Positions 37,224 to 49,394 of a stretch of DNA of 58,906 bases are shown here, piece after piece. The notes beneath the pieces are model-generated. The model saw only the letters and a list, made by a program, of their open reading frames with translations. It searched no databases and was not told the DNA's origin. A program made the translations under genes and the position numbers. The stretch is from Octopus bimaculoides (taxonomy: Eukaryota). Location of the stretch: contig NC_068987.1 in NCBI RefSeq assembly GCF_001194135.2, positions 16,353,787 to 16,412,692 on the forward strand. Direction: 5' to 3'. Numbering within the stretch: position 1 is the first letter of the stretch; the number at the start of each line of letters is the position of its first letter.

Positions 37224-38012
37224 CTCCTACTACTTCTGTGTCGAAACTCAACACACCTTTCCACCGCCACCAATTTGAGCCGTTCTCTATCAACCGCAAC
37301 CCCTAACTCCTTAGTAGTATCCGCCCCTCCCAATACGTTGTTTGCCCTTGTTTTGATTGGGCCTAAAAATAAAGGACCCTGTTTGCGATAACGCCTTGTA
37401 TACCCTCAACATCCCCACCACCACCACGTCCAACATCACCACGTCCNNNNNNNNNNNNNNNNNNNNNNNNNNNNNNNNNNNNNNNNNNNNNNNNNNNNNN
37501 NNNNNNNNNNNNNNNNNNNNNNNNNNNNNNNNNNNNNNNNNNNNNNNNNNNNNNNNNNNNNNNNNNNNNNNNNNNNNNNNNNNNNNNNNNNNNNNNNNNN
37601 NNNNNNNNNNNNNNNNNNNNNNNNNNNNNNNNNNNNNNNNNNNNNNNNNNNNNNNNNNNNNNNNNNNCCACCACCACCACCACCACCACAAAAATTGAAA
37701 TTTTTGTTTGTTCGTAAATTTTTGTAATTTTTTTTTAACTTGCAAAGGTTAGAAAAAGTCCACCACCAATATCACCATCACAATCACCGTCTCCTTAATC
37801 GGTTTAAGGCATCAAGGCCACAACCACAATTACATCTATTGGTCACACCAGCACCACCAGCAACACCACTACCACTACCACTACACCACCACCACCACCA
37901 CCACCAACAACACATATCGTTATGTGTGTATAAGTATATTTGCATAGGTATGTTTGGATATGCATGATGATGTGTGGGAATGTTTGTAGGTTCTTGCGCA
38001 TCTATCTATCTA

Positions 38013-38044
<32 letters not shown>

Positions 38045-39309
38045 CACGCATGCTCGAAATGAGAAGTAGATAGCCGACAACTGATGAAGGGTCGTGCTCT
38101 GCGTTTACTTGTCCTGTTTTCCATTTTTTGTCTCGTTGTTTGCGCATTTAACTTGTTTGTTTCCATATTCCATGTTGTTTACACAGTTAGTGACGTCCTG
38201 TACCCATCTGTGCACACACACACACACACACACACATACACACACACACACACACACATACACATATATATATATATACTCATATGTATGTACATATATT
38301 TATGCACATACACACGTACATATATATATATATATATATATATANNNNNNNNNNNNNNNNNNNNNNNNNNNNNNNNNNNNNNNNNNNNNNNNNNNNNNNN
38401 NNNNNNNNNNNNNNNNNNNNNNNNNNNNNNNNNNNNNNNNNNNNNNNNNNNNNNNNNNNNNNNNNNNNNNNNNNNNNNNNNNNNNNNNNNNNNNNNNNNN
38501 NNNNNNNNNNNNNNNNNNNNNNNNNNNNNNNNNNNNNNNNNNNNNNNNNNNNNNNNNNNNNNNNNNNNNNNNNNNNNNNNNNNNNNNNNNNNNNNNNNNN
38601 NNNNNNNNNNNNNNNNNNNNNNNNNNNNNNNNNNNNNNNNNNNNNNNNNNNNNNNNNNNNNNNNNNNNNNNNNNNNNNNNNNNNNNNNNNNNNNNNNNNN
38701 NNNNNNNNNNNNNNNNNNNNNNNNNNNNNNNNNNNNNNNNNNNNNNNNNNNNNNNNNNNNNNNNNNNNNNNNNNNNNNNNNNNNNNNNNNNNNNNNNNNN
38801 NNNNNNNNNNNNNCACACACTCACACCCACCCACCCACATATATATTTGCATATACAATGAGCTTCTTTCAGTTTCCGTCTACCAAATCCACTCACAAGG
38901 ACATGGTCGGCCGGAGGCTATAGCAGAAGACACTTGCTCAAGAAGCCATGCAGTGGGACTGAATCCGGAACTATGTGGTTGGGATGCCAGCTTCTCAACA
39001 CACAAGCGCGCCTACACACACGCACACACACACGTACACATATACGTGTATGTATATATATATATATGTTTGTGCATGTATATGCGCATACATACACAAA
39101 CACACGCACACGTATGTATATTTGTTTATTTGCGTATGATGAATGCCACTATTTGAGGGTGGATAATAGGTGTATGTGTGTGTGTGATGTGTGCGTCTTT
39201 AGTGAGTTTGTGTAAGAGTATGTATGCGTGGCTGCGTGTATGTATGGGTTTAAGTGTACGTATGCAATAGGTGTGTATGTGTTGGTATGCGTTGATATGT
39301 ATGTTGCGT

Positions 39310-39371
<62 letters not shown>

Positions 39372-39377
39372 ATATAC

Positions 39378-39442
39378 GATTGTGAACAGCGTTGGCCATT
39401 CATATATAATGTCCGCGCCCTTAAATTTAACAATGGAAACAT
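39378..39442 (-). CDS. Candidate small exon (phase 1 to 0) of the minus-strand gene, discoidin-like segment
   Basis: Strong acceptor tctttcttttcgtcag, donor gtatat, 65 nt. Encodes (Y)VSIVKFKGADIIYEWPTLFTI. Confidence 0.45.
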
Positions 39443-39802
39443 CTGACGAAAAGAAAGACTTAAGTGGATCTAGTACGCCATTTTGTTTTCCTTTCTTCGC
39501 TAAAAATACAATGTATGTATACATACACTATATCTCTCTTTGTCCTCCTGTTCTTGACTCTTTCAGTCGTTGGGTTACGGGTTAATTGGGGCGTCTCCTC
39601 CGATGATTGTAGGCTTTTTATCAACCCCAGTGCTAGCGCGCGCGTGTTTAGACATGTTTGCTTTTATGTGAAGTTTATATAAAAACAATTTGATATTACG
39701 CTGAAGAATTAGTCAACACTTTTTAATAGAACATGTATTTATATATTTTTACAACGAAAAAATTGACAGTGACTTCGAAGTTTTCGTTCAACAGCATTCT
39801 AC

Positions 39803-39836
<34 letters not shown>

Positions 39837-39987
39837 ATATATATATGTTTGTGTATGTATGTACACACATACGCACGCACACCTTGAACTCTGCTGTGCA
39901 TGCGCACATAGTCTTAATGTTCTAGCTCACTACTGCTATTTACAGTAGTGCTTGGAAAGAAGGTAGCGTGTGATCGTCGCATTGACC

Positions 39988-40398
39988 ATAACAGAGAAAG
40001 TTGAGCCGAGAATCTGCATCAAATTTTGCGATACCTGCTCAAAGGCCTATGCAAAATTTTTAATAAGTTTTCATCGCTCTCAACACAATGAAGGAGATCT
40101 TGTGCAACTGAAACTCGAGTGTATTTTTGGTCAGGTAAAGGCAGTTTGGCACACACTTATCAGATACGCGTCTCATACCCAAATCTTCAGTGGTAATGGA
40201 CTGAATTGAACCGTAACTAATCTGCACATCCTCTGATAACATCTGCGATGTTTTTCTCAGTTCTGCTGGTTACGTGTCTCTCAGAACGTTCGTCAATATC
40301 GACATGTTTTGGTCCTCTTGGAAGCGGCTTAACCACTCATGCACTTGTGTGCAGCTCAGACACTCCTCTCCATACACTTTCTGCAACTTTGCGCAGGC
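39988..40398. mobile_element. Rearranged mariner-type transposase remnant (N-terminus on plus 39988-40059, continuation on minus 40398-40082)
   Basis: Plus: ITEKVEPRICIKFCDTCSKAYAKF. Minus: ACAKLQKVYGEECLSCTQVHEWLSRFQE...LSEDVQISYGSIQSITTEDLGMRRVSDKCVP (mariner HTH region). Confidence 0.8.
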
Positions 40399-40399
40399 C

Positions 40400-41175
40400 A
40401 CCAATTTATTAGGCATAATTGAATTTATTACGCTTGTACACATTTTTTATTGGATACCAAAAATGATCAGTAAAATTTATATTTCTTCTCAGATCTTTGG
40501 AACCTCTGGAGCTGTTAATATTCGTCGAAGAGTTGGGGAAGCTTATGATCCTAGATGTGTTGTCCCAGCAATTAAATTTGGAGGTGATAGGGTAATGGTT
40601 TGGGGTTGCATGTCGTTTTCGGGCCCAGGAATGTTATTCCCTTGTGAAGGCAGAATGAATTCCAACACTTACACCAGCATGTGAGACCAAGATAATCAGC
40701 TTTCCTTAGGTAAAATGTTCAATGATAACATACCAGATGATATAATTTTCCAACAAGACAATGCTCCATGTCACACATCCAGAGTCTCAATAGGTTGATT
40801 TGAAAAGAAAGGGGCGGGGTTGATGGAATGACCCCTCAACCTCCAGACCTCAACCCCATTGAACATTTGTGGTCACACTTGGGTACAAGAGTGAGGGTGC
40901 ACAAATGTTCTTCAAAAGTGAATTAACAGCCAAAATTCATGAAAAATGGCAGAAAATTGAGCCTACCACTTATGCCAACTTAGTCTCAAGCATGCAAAAA
41001 CGCATAAAAACGGTTATAAAAGCAAAAGGAGGACACATCAAATATTAATTATTAATAGAATATACTCAAACATGTTTGTTGTTATTTCAGTTATGAAACA
41101 AATGAGTTTCAATCATTTTCTCTATTTTTTTCATAGGGTTGGAACGTAACTCCCGGGATAGTCGAGGGATTACTG
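40400..41175 (+). mobile_element. 3' half of a decayed Tc1 (DD34E) element
   Basis: 40493-41048 reads IFGTSGAVNIRRRVGEAYDPRCVVPAIKFGGDRVMVWGCMSFSGPG...FQQDNAPCHTS...PDLNPIEHLWSHL...KAKGGHIKY*. D-to-E spacing is 34 after repairing a 1-nt deletion. Contains in-frame stops and another frameshift. Ends ACTG|TA. Confidence 0.92.
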
Positions 41176-41470
41176 TAATTAAGTTGATCTTACAAACAAT
41201 GAATTTATTCTGCTCTAGGTATTTATTTTTTTCTATTTGTCAGTTAATATGTAAACAGAAGTTTTCACAAATATAATACCATTACTATATGTGTATGTGT
41301 CTGTTTGTGTGTGTGCGTGCGTGTGTTTTCGTACATGTATGTGCGAATATTTCGTTTGATTATGTGGTATTTTGGACATTATCAGATACCAACTTTTGAG
41401 GACGTTGGTTGGAATTTGAGGGCTATTTGTGCGTTATATTTAGTAGGTCGAGTCGAGTGATCGCTTAAAT

Positions 41471-41550
41471 CAGGCGTGGGCAACATTTTTCGAGACGCGG
41501 ACAGTATCTGACATGGCACATCATCACGTGGGCTGCAATACTGCACGCAG
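41471..41550 (+). mobile_element. Possible hAT-type element 5' end
   Basis: CAGGCGTGGGCAACATTTTT...GCGGAC resembles hAT termini. No partner TIR found. Confidence 0.3.
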
Positions 41551-41982
41551 GTGTACACAACCCCAACATCCCCCCCCTCATCACATTAACACTTACATAT
41601 ATACACATAATTAAACGTAATGTGAAATACACTGATAGACAGATACACACACCGGCGTACGTGTGCATGTATGTCTGTGTATATGTGTGTCTGTGTGTCT
41701 GTGTGTGTATATGTACATGTGTATGTGTTTTTATTTGACAATAGTGGTTCCTGTATTAGCAACTAACGCTTATGTAGTCGTATGGTTATATTTCTGTGTT
41801 TAGAATGAAGGTATGGCTTCTATATGGCTTCGTCGGTGTTTACAAGTGGTTTTGCTATGTATGTAAGGGACGTCTTGTTATCATCACGCTTGTCTGTGAT
41901 TATATTTATATACACCTACAGATACGTGCGCGTATGTAATCACACACATACACACACACACACACATACACACACACACACA

Positions 41983-42014
<32 letters not shown>

Positions 42015-42146
42015 CACTGATATGAATACGTATAAATGACGTGTTTATATAAACGAATATACATAAATACATGATTTTTGTGAATGTTTCTATATACACC
42101 CACAGATACACAGAAGCAAATATATATATACACACACATACACACA

Positions 42147-42185
<39 letters not shown>

Positions 42186-42283
42186 GTGTGTGTGTGTGTG
42201 TGTGTGTATGTATATGTACGTGTGTGTTGGGGATGTGTAGATACATGCACAAGTGTATATATACACATAAACATATCAATACA

Positions 42284-42342
<59 letters not shown>

Positions 42343-42767
42343 CTGTATGTATAAATGTGCATGTATATATGTACTTGCAAATATACACCCACATACACAC
42401 ACACATGTTTAACTATAAACACATAAGCATTGATAAAGACATATACCTTTGAAACTTATTCTCAGACCCAAATTCTTGTAGTCACAGGTACATATTGACA
42501 CATGTTTACTTTTTATTCCAACGAATTTACTCTACATAGATTGGCGATCCTTTCTTTCTTTGTGTGTGTAGGTGTGTGTGTGTGTGCCTGCATGTGTGTG
42601 AGTGTTTCTTTCTTTCTTTCTCCCTCCCACCCCCTCTGTCTCTCTTTCACGCGCACATATTCTCTTTCTCTCTCTGCCTCCTACTGTCTGAATCAATCCT
42701 TCCTTATCGCCTTCATTCTGTTTTTCTATTTCATGTATTTTCTGTACACACACACACACACACATAC

Positions 42768-42814
<47 letters not shown>

Positions 42815-45053
42815 NNNNNNNNNNNNNNNNNNNNNNNNNNNNNNNNNNNNNNNNNNNNNNNNNNNNNNNNNNNNNNNNNNNNNNNNNNNNNNNNNNNNNN
42901 NNNNNNNNNNNNNNNNNNNNNNNNNNNNNNNNNNNNNNNNNNNNNNNNNNNNNNNNNNNNNNNNNNNNNNNNNNNNNNNNNNNNNNNNNNNNNNNNNNNN
43001 NNNNNNNNNNNNNNNNNNNNNNNNNNNNNNNNNNNNNNNNNNNNNNNNNNNNNNNNNNNNNNNNNNNNNNNNNNNNNNNNNNNNNNNNNNNNNNNNNNNN
43101 NNNNNNNNNNNNNNNNNNNNNNNNNNNNNNNNNNNNNNNNNNNNNNNNNNNNNNNNNNNNNNNNNNNNNNNNNNNNNNNNNNNNNNNNNNNNNNNNNNNN
43201 NNNNNNNNNNNNNNNNNNNNNNNNNNNNNNNNNNNNNNNNNNNNNNNNNNNNNNNNNNNNNNNNNNNNNNNNNNNNNNNNNNNNNNNNNNNNNNNNNNNN
43301 NNNNNNNNNNNNNNNNNNNNNNNNNNNNNNNNNNNNNNNNNNNNNNNNNNNNNNNNNNNNNNNNNNNNNNNNNNNNCTGATAGCGTAACAGTTGTCTCCC
43401 TTGTCTGCTTTTTTTAATTTTTATATTTGATTGATCCTTTAGGGAGTTTTTTTTCCTTTCTGTCTACAAATTCAGAAATAATTTCGGATGATTCATTTAT
43501 GAGAGTAAACTCCCGTATTTGTCGTAACGATGCGTCATACGGATGCGTCAAATGCGCAGGAGTGGCTATGTGGTAAGTAGCGTACTTACCAGCCACATGG
43601 TTGCGGATTCATCCCATTGCGTGGCACCTTGGGCAACTGTCTTCTACTATAGCCTCGGGCCGACCAAAGCCTTGTTAGTGGATTTGGTAGATGGAAACTG
43701 AAAGAAGCCTGTCGTATATATGTATATATATGTACGTGTGTGTGTGTTTGTCCCCACAACATCGCTTGACAACCGATACTGGTGTGTTTACGTCCCCGTA
43801 ACTCAGCGGTTCGGCAAAAGAGACTAATAGAATAAGTACTAGGCTTCCAAAGATTTTCTACTCATTTTGTGTTTGTCAAAGTCTACTATATAGTATTAAG
43901 TATTTATCTTTTGGCTTATTACTTGTTTGAGTTGTTAGATTGTGGCACCATCTTGAAGAATTTTTAGTCATCAATCCAATTACTTGATTTTCAAGCCTTG
44001 TATGTATTCTACGTTACGGAGGACGTAAACACACCAACACCGGTTATCAAGTGGTGGTGAATGCCACACACACACACGTCGAGCTGCTTTCAGTTTCTGT
44101 CTACCAAGTTCATTCACAAGTCTTTGGTTGGCCCAAAGATATATAACAGAAGACACTTGCCGAAGGTGCTACACAGTAGGACTGAACCCAGAACCATAGG
44201 GTTAGGAAACAAGATTTTTACCACACAGCCACGCCTGCACCTACAAAATAGATAGTTTTCGCTAAAGGTGTATTTTCCTCATTATCCAACGTTGAAATAG
44301 GTGGTGAATTGACTGAGTGGTTAGAACGTCGGATATTTGTTACGGCACTCTACACCTTTGATTCCTTTCGAGTTCGCTTCCCATCAAGGTCAATTTTAGT
44401 TTTCATCCCTTTCAGGGCCAATAAAAATGTACCAGTCTAAGACGGTGGATTAGCGCAACTGTAAGAAATTCGAGCCGTATTCCTTGCATATTCGTTCCTG
44501 TTCTTTGCTCCCTAAGTTCAAATCTCGATATGACCTATTTGGGTGGTAGACTTAAGCCATCGCTCATTCTAACACCAATTAGCAGAGTCCATTCAGTCGT
44601 AAGCATTCGAGCCAGGCTTGCAGCGTGAAGATACTTCTTCGTAATGATTTGGGTTAAACGTTGCTTTAAATTAATTCAATTTTATTAATGATGTTTATTC
44701 CTAATACAGCAGGTGTTGAAAGTAATCAAATAGTAATTAAATTATGATCTCTCGAGGAAATTTATACTTTTTATTTTTCGCTCTCTCTGTCACACACACA
44801 TGATTATATATGGGGAGGTGCGTAGCTTTGTGTGTTGCACTCATGGTTGTAAGATTGTGGTTTCAATTCTTGGACCAGGCGGTGCGTTGAGTTCTTCAGC
44901 AAAACGCTTCATTTCAAGACGCTCCAGCTCACTCAGATGGCAACCAGAGGATGTTGATATATTTTATATTATCAGGCGGGTACCTCAGTTGATACACTAA
45001 CTAAAAAACACGTAATTTTCTCAATTCTCAAGGCCGGATATAATAGGCTTTAA

Positions 45054-45254
45054 TCCTTTAGCATAGAGATTATTCTGTCAATTATAATGCTTATTTATTC
45101 ACATTGTTTTATAATCTTGCATTCTCTTGTAGCTGTGATTGTTTATTTTTAGAACAACATTGTAGGGTGGATGTAACAGGTCAGCTCAAGCCAGTTTGAA
45201 CCTAAAACAGGTAGAATATTTTGGCCTGTTATGGCCGGTTTGAATGCCAAAGAG
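45054..45254. mobile_element. About 200-bp TTAA-flanked MITE (piggyBac-like)
   Basis: TTAA at 45050-45053 and 45255-45258. Short imperfect TIRs TCCTTTAGCAT / ATGCCAAAGAG. Confidence 0.6.
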
Positions 45255-45261
45255 TTAAGAG

Positions 45262-45706
45262 GGACAAACATGAGTGCCTAATAATCGACGTGGTAGTGTC
45301 AGGAGATCAACATATTATCATGAAAGAAAGAGAAAAAGTTGAAAAAACATGGAGACCTGAGAACTGAGATCGTCAAAATGTGGTAGCTGCGAGGGTAAAA
45401 AATAATGGTTGTTCCTGTTGTCAGCGGAGTATTGGGTTCAATATCACTCAACCTGAAGAAACATCTGGACAGTTTAGAAATGTCCTACAATCTTAGTGCA
45501 TTACAAAAATCAGTTTTATTTGGCGCTGTACGCATATTGCATAAAGTGCTGTCTGTCTGAGGTCCTTATTATGACTTGACAGACTTCAAAAATCCCCGCT
45601 GCACATAATATCATCAATCTGCAACATCACAATACTGGATACTGTGCGGCGTTTTCAGTAATAATAATAATAATAATAATAATGATGATGATAACAATAA
45701 TAATAA
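45262..45706 (+). mobile_element. 3' end of an RLE-type LINE with (AAT)n tail
   Basis: CLIIDVVVSGDQHIIMKEREKVEK...VVPVVSGVLG...LQKSVLFGAVRILHKVLSV* (stop at 45560), with frameshift and stops, then UTR and AAT tail. Confidence 0.82.
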
Positions 45707-45708
45707 TC

Positions 45709-46082
45709 GAAGCAAAAAAATAGAAGAGTTCCATTGTTATCAAGTGAACGAGATTTCGACATCTCGTGTGTCTTCCACAGGTTCAAAAAAATAAACTTGT
45801 CAATCTACTTCATTTTGGTTAACATACATAGGACTGAGGTAACTCCTCCAGAAGATATAGAAGCAAAAACAATGGCACTCTTCTATTTTTGCTTCTATAT
45901 CATCTGGAGAAGTTTCCTCAGTCCTATACATATTAACCAAGATGAAGTAGATTGACATGTTTATTTTTTGAATCTGTGGAAGACACACGAGATGTCGAAA
46001 TATCGTTCACTTGATAACAATGGCATTCTTCTATTTTTGTTTCTATATCTTCTGGAGGAGTTACTGCGGTCCTATATATATT
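45709..46082. repeat. Large inverted repeat built from a 148-bp tandem unit
   Basis: Left arm 45709-45869 is reverse-complementary to right arm 45886-46043 (about 90% by eye), 16-nt loop. CAATGGCA recurs at 45870 and 46018. Confidence 0.92.
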
Positions 46083-47897
46083 AATAATCATAATAATAAT
46101 TATTTCTACTATAGGCACAAGGCCTGAAATTTGGTGGAGGAGAATAATCGACTCCAGTGTTTCACTGGTACTTAATTTATCGACCCAATAGAATTTGAAC
46201 TCCGAACGTAGCGATGGGCGAAATACTGCTAAGCATTTTGCCCGACGTGCTAACGATTCTGCCAGCTCACCGCCCTAATAATAATTATAATAATAATAAT
46301 GATGATGGTGGTGGTGGTGGTGGTGGTGGTAGACTCTTCCGTCGAAGATGAAGTACGAGTTTTCAACTTTTTGCTGAACGATCTGCACGAATGATGTGTT
46401 TTATAGCGATCAAATGTATGTGCTGTACATAAGCTCACGCCCTCCGTCGAATCGACGTTGCCTGAACATGTGTACGGTATACCACACGTAGGTGTCAAAG
46501 TGATTGCAGAGCAACGCGATATGATGTGTCTTGCTTAAGGATACAACGCACCACCCGGTACTTATTTAACCGACCTCGAAAGGATGAAAATCAAAATCGA
46601 CCTCGGTGGAATTTGAACTCAGAACGCAACTCTAGTACTTAGGTATTTTTATAAAGTCTGGTTCTTTTGCCGAACCGCTATGTTACGGACACATAGATAA
46701 CCAGCATAGTCTGTCAAGCGGTGGGAACGGCACACGCATACACACACACGAACGTATCGACGACGGGCATCTACGCAGTTTCCATCGACCAAATTCACTT
46801 ACAAAGCATTGGTCGGTCCGGAGACTTGGCAGAAAAACAATTGTCTAAGGTGCTGCACAGTGGGAACGAACTTGAGCCAACGCGGTTGCAAAGCGAACTT
46901 CTTAACCAAACGGCCATACTTGCGCCTGAAGATATTTTTTAAAACAAAATTGCAATTATTCAAGAGTGAAAAAAAAAAAAAAATCTTAATTACTTCTTGT
47001 CTGTAATCTGCAGATTTACTAGTTAGCCTACGGCCCTAATTTGTCTGTCTATGATTTGAATCGAGAATTTTACCTTGACGACTAGAGAGTTATAATAGTA
47101 ATTATTATTAATAGTTACATAAGATAGCAAGCTGGCAGAATTATTAGCACACCGGGCAGAATGCTTAGCGGAATTTCTTACGTTCTGAGTTCAAATTCCG
47201 CCGAGGTCGGATTTACATTTCGAGCTTGATAAAATAAGTACCGGTTGAGCACTGGAATAGATGTACTCGGCTTACCCCCCCCCCCCNNNNNNNNNNNNNN
47301 NNNNNNNNNNNNNNNNNNNNNNNNNNNNNNNNNNNNNNNNNNNNNNNNNNNNNNNNNNNNNNNNNNNNNNNNNNNNNNNNNNNNNNNNNNNACCTACCAA
47401 CCAACTTGCTGATCTTGTGTCAAAATTTGAAACGATTATTAACTGCTATAATTTTGGGACATGGCAAAGATTTTTGAGGGGAAGGGGAAGCCGATCACAT
47501 CAACGGCCAGTATTTGACTGGTACTTATTTTATCGACCTCGAAAGGATGGAAAGCAACGTCGACCTCGGAAAAATTTGAACTTAGAATGTAAAAAAAACA
47601 CGCGAAATAACGCTAAGCGTTATTTTTTCTACTCTAGGCAGAAGGTCCGAAATTTTGGGGGAGGGGGCCAGTCGATTAGATCGACCCTGTATGCAACTGG
47701 TAATTAATTTATCAACCCTGAAAGGATGAAAAGGCAAAGTCGACCTCGGCGGAATTTGAACTCAGAACGTAAAGACACGAAATACCACCAAGCATTTCGC
47801 CCGGCGTGCTAACGATTCTGCCAGCACTCCGCCTTACTGCTAAGCATTATTAATACTTATAATAGTAATGAAGTTTTGACTGGTTATACAACAATAC

Positions 47898-47922
47898 ATG
47901 ATATAAATTGCCTAACTTCTAA
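47898..47922 (-). CDS. Candidate 25-nt micro-exon (phase 0 to 1) of the minus-strand gene
   Basis: Very strong acceptor tctttctttctttttcctgtacag, donor gtattg. Only frame 0 is open and encodes LEVRQFIS. Confidence 0.42.
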
Positions 47923-49133
47923 CTGTACAGGAAAAAGAAAGAAAGATCTCAGAAACGCAATGCTTCTACTATCTATAGATAGCCGAAATTTAACAGCTTT
48001 AAAGCGGCAGACTAGTAGAATCGTTATCAAACCAAGCAGAGTGCTTAGCGGTATTTCGTCCTTCATTACGTTCTGAGTTCAAACTCTGCCGAGGTCGTTT
48101 TTGCCGTTCGCCCTTTCGGGGTCGATGAAATAAGTACCAGTTGAAACCTGGGGTGGATGGACTTGACTAGCCACCTCCCCCAAAATTTCAGGCCTTGTGC
48201 ATATAGTAGAATGGATTTATATACGTGGTTTTTATTTTTAGTGTTAACCCTTTGCCTGTCCAACGCATTTTCATAAGTTTGTCCCAAACGTCCATGCTTG
48301 TTTGCAGACTTTTAACCCTTCTTTCATACATTCTGAGTAATTATAAAGCTTTCCTGTCATAAGCCCCAAGTTACTCTGATGGTTGAAAAATAAAAATGGA
48401 AATATGTATCATATATAATGTATGGACACTCATGAAATATGTCATGAGCAAATCGACCCCAGGACTTATTCTTTGTAAGCCTAGTACTTATTCTATCGGT
48501 CTCTTTTGCTGAACCGCTAGGTTACGGGGACGTGAACACACCAGCATCGGTTGTCAAGCGATGTTAGGGGGACAAATACAGACACACAAACACACACACA
48601 TATATATATATATATATACATATACAAATATACGACGGGCTTCTTTCAGTTTCCGTCTACCAAATCCACTCACANNNNNNNNNNNNNNNNNNNNNNNNNN
48701 NNNNNNNNNNNNNNNNNNNNNNNNNNNNNNNNNNNNNNNNNNNNNNNNNNNNNNNNNNNNNNNNNNNNNNNNNNNNNNNNNNNNNNNNNNNNNNNNNNNN
48801 NNNNNNNNNNNNNNNNNNNNNNNNNNNNNNNNNNNNNNNNNNNNNNNNNNNNNNNNNNNNNNNNNNNNNNNNNNNNNNNNNNNNNNNNNNNNNNNNNNNN
48901 NNNNNNNNNNNNNNNNNNNNNNNNNNNNNNNNNNNNNNNNNNNNNNNNNNNNNNNNNNNNNNNNNNNNNNNNNNNNNNNNNNNNNNNNNNNNNNNNNNNN
49001 NNNNNNNNNNNNNNNNNNNNNNNNNNNNNNNNNNNNNNNNNNNNNNNNNNNNNNNNNNNNNNNNNNNNNNNNNNNNNNNNNNNNNNNNNNNNNNNNATGT
49101 ATGTATGTATGTATGTATGTATGTATGTACGTA

Positions 49134-49186
<53 letters not shown>

Positions 49187-49292
49187 TAGTCGTTTAATCG
49201 TTTCGTATTGGAAATCCTGTATTACCAACGGACCCAGGTGAACACACGCTTGCAAATCACCCATTTCACTTTCTATCGCGTAGTTAGCATAC

Positions 49293-49394
49293 GTTGATTA
49301 GATAGTAATCATGTCGAAAATGATCGATAGGAATGTTGCCAAAATCAATATCCTCTGAGGGAAGAGGCTGAGTTGGTACTATCGCTTGTTCCAG
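49293..49394 (-). CDS. Candidate exon (phase 0 to 0) of the minus-strand gene; alternative in-frame acceptor at 49409
   Basis: Poly-T tract then AG, donor gtatgc, 102 nt. Encodes LEQAIVPTQPLPSEDIDFGNIPIDHFRHDYYLIN. Confidence 0.45.

Noticed and set aside
38060-38110. CTGATGAAGG as a hammerhead ribozyme core
   Set aside because: No paired stem II followed by GAAA and no stem III in any permutation I could build.
16042-49264. Long ORFs spanning N runs or microsatellites (e.g. 16042-17182, 18934-19954, 34027-35033, 38084-39156, 42502-43388, 48551-49264)
   Set aside because: Open only because N codons and TA/CA repeats lack stops; no protein signal.
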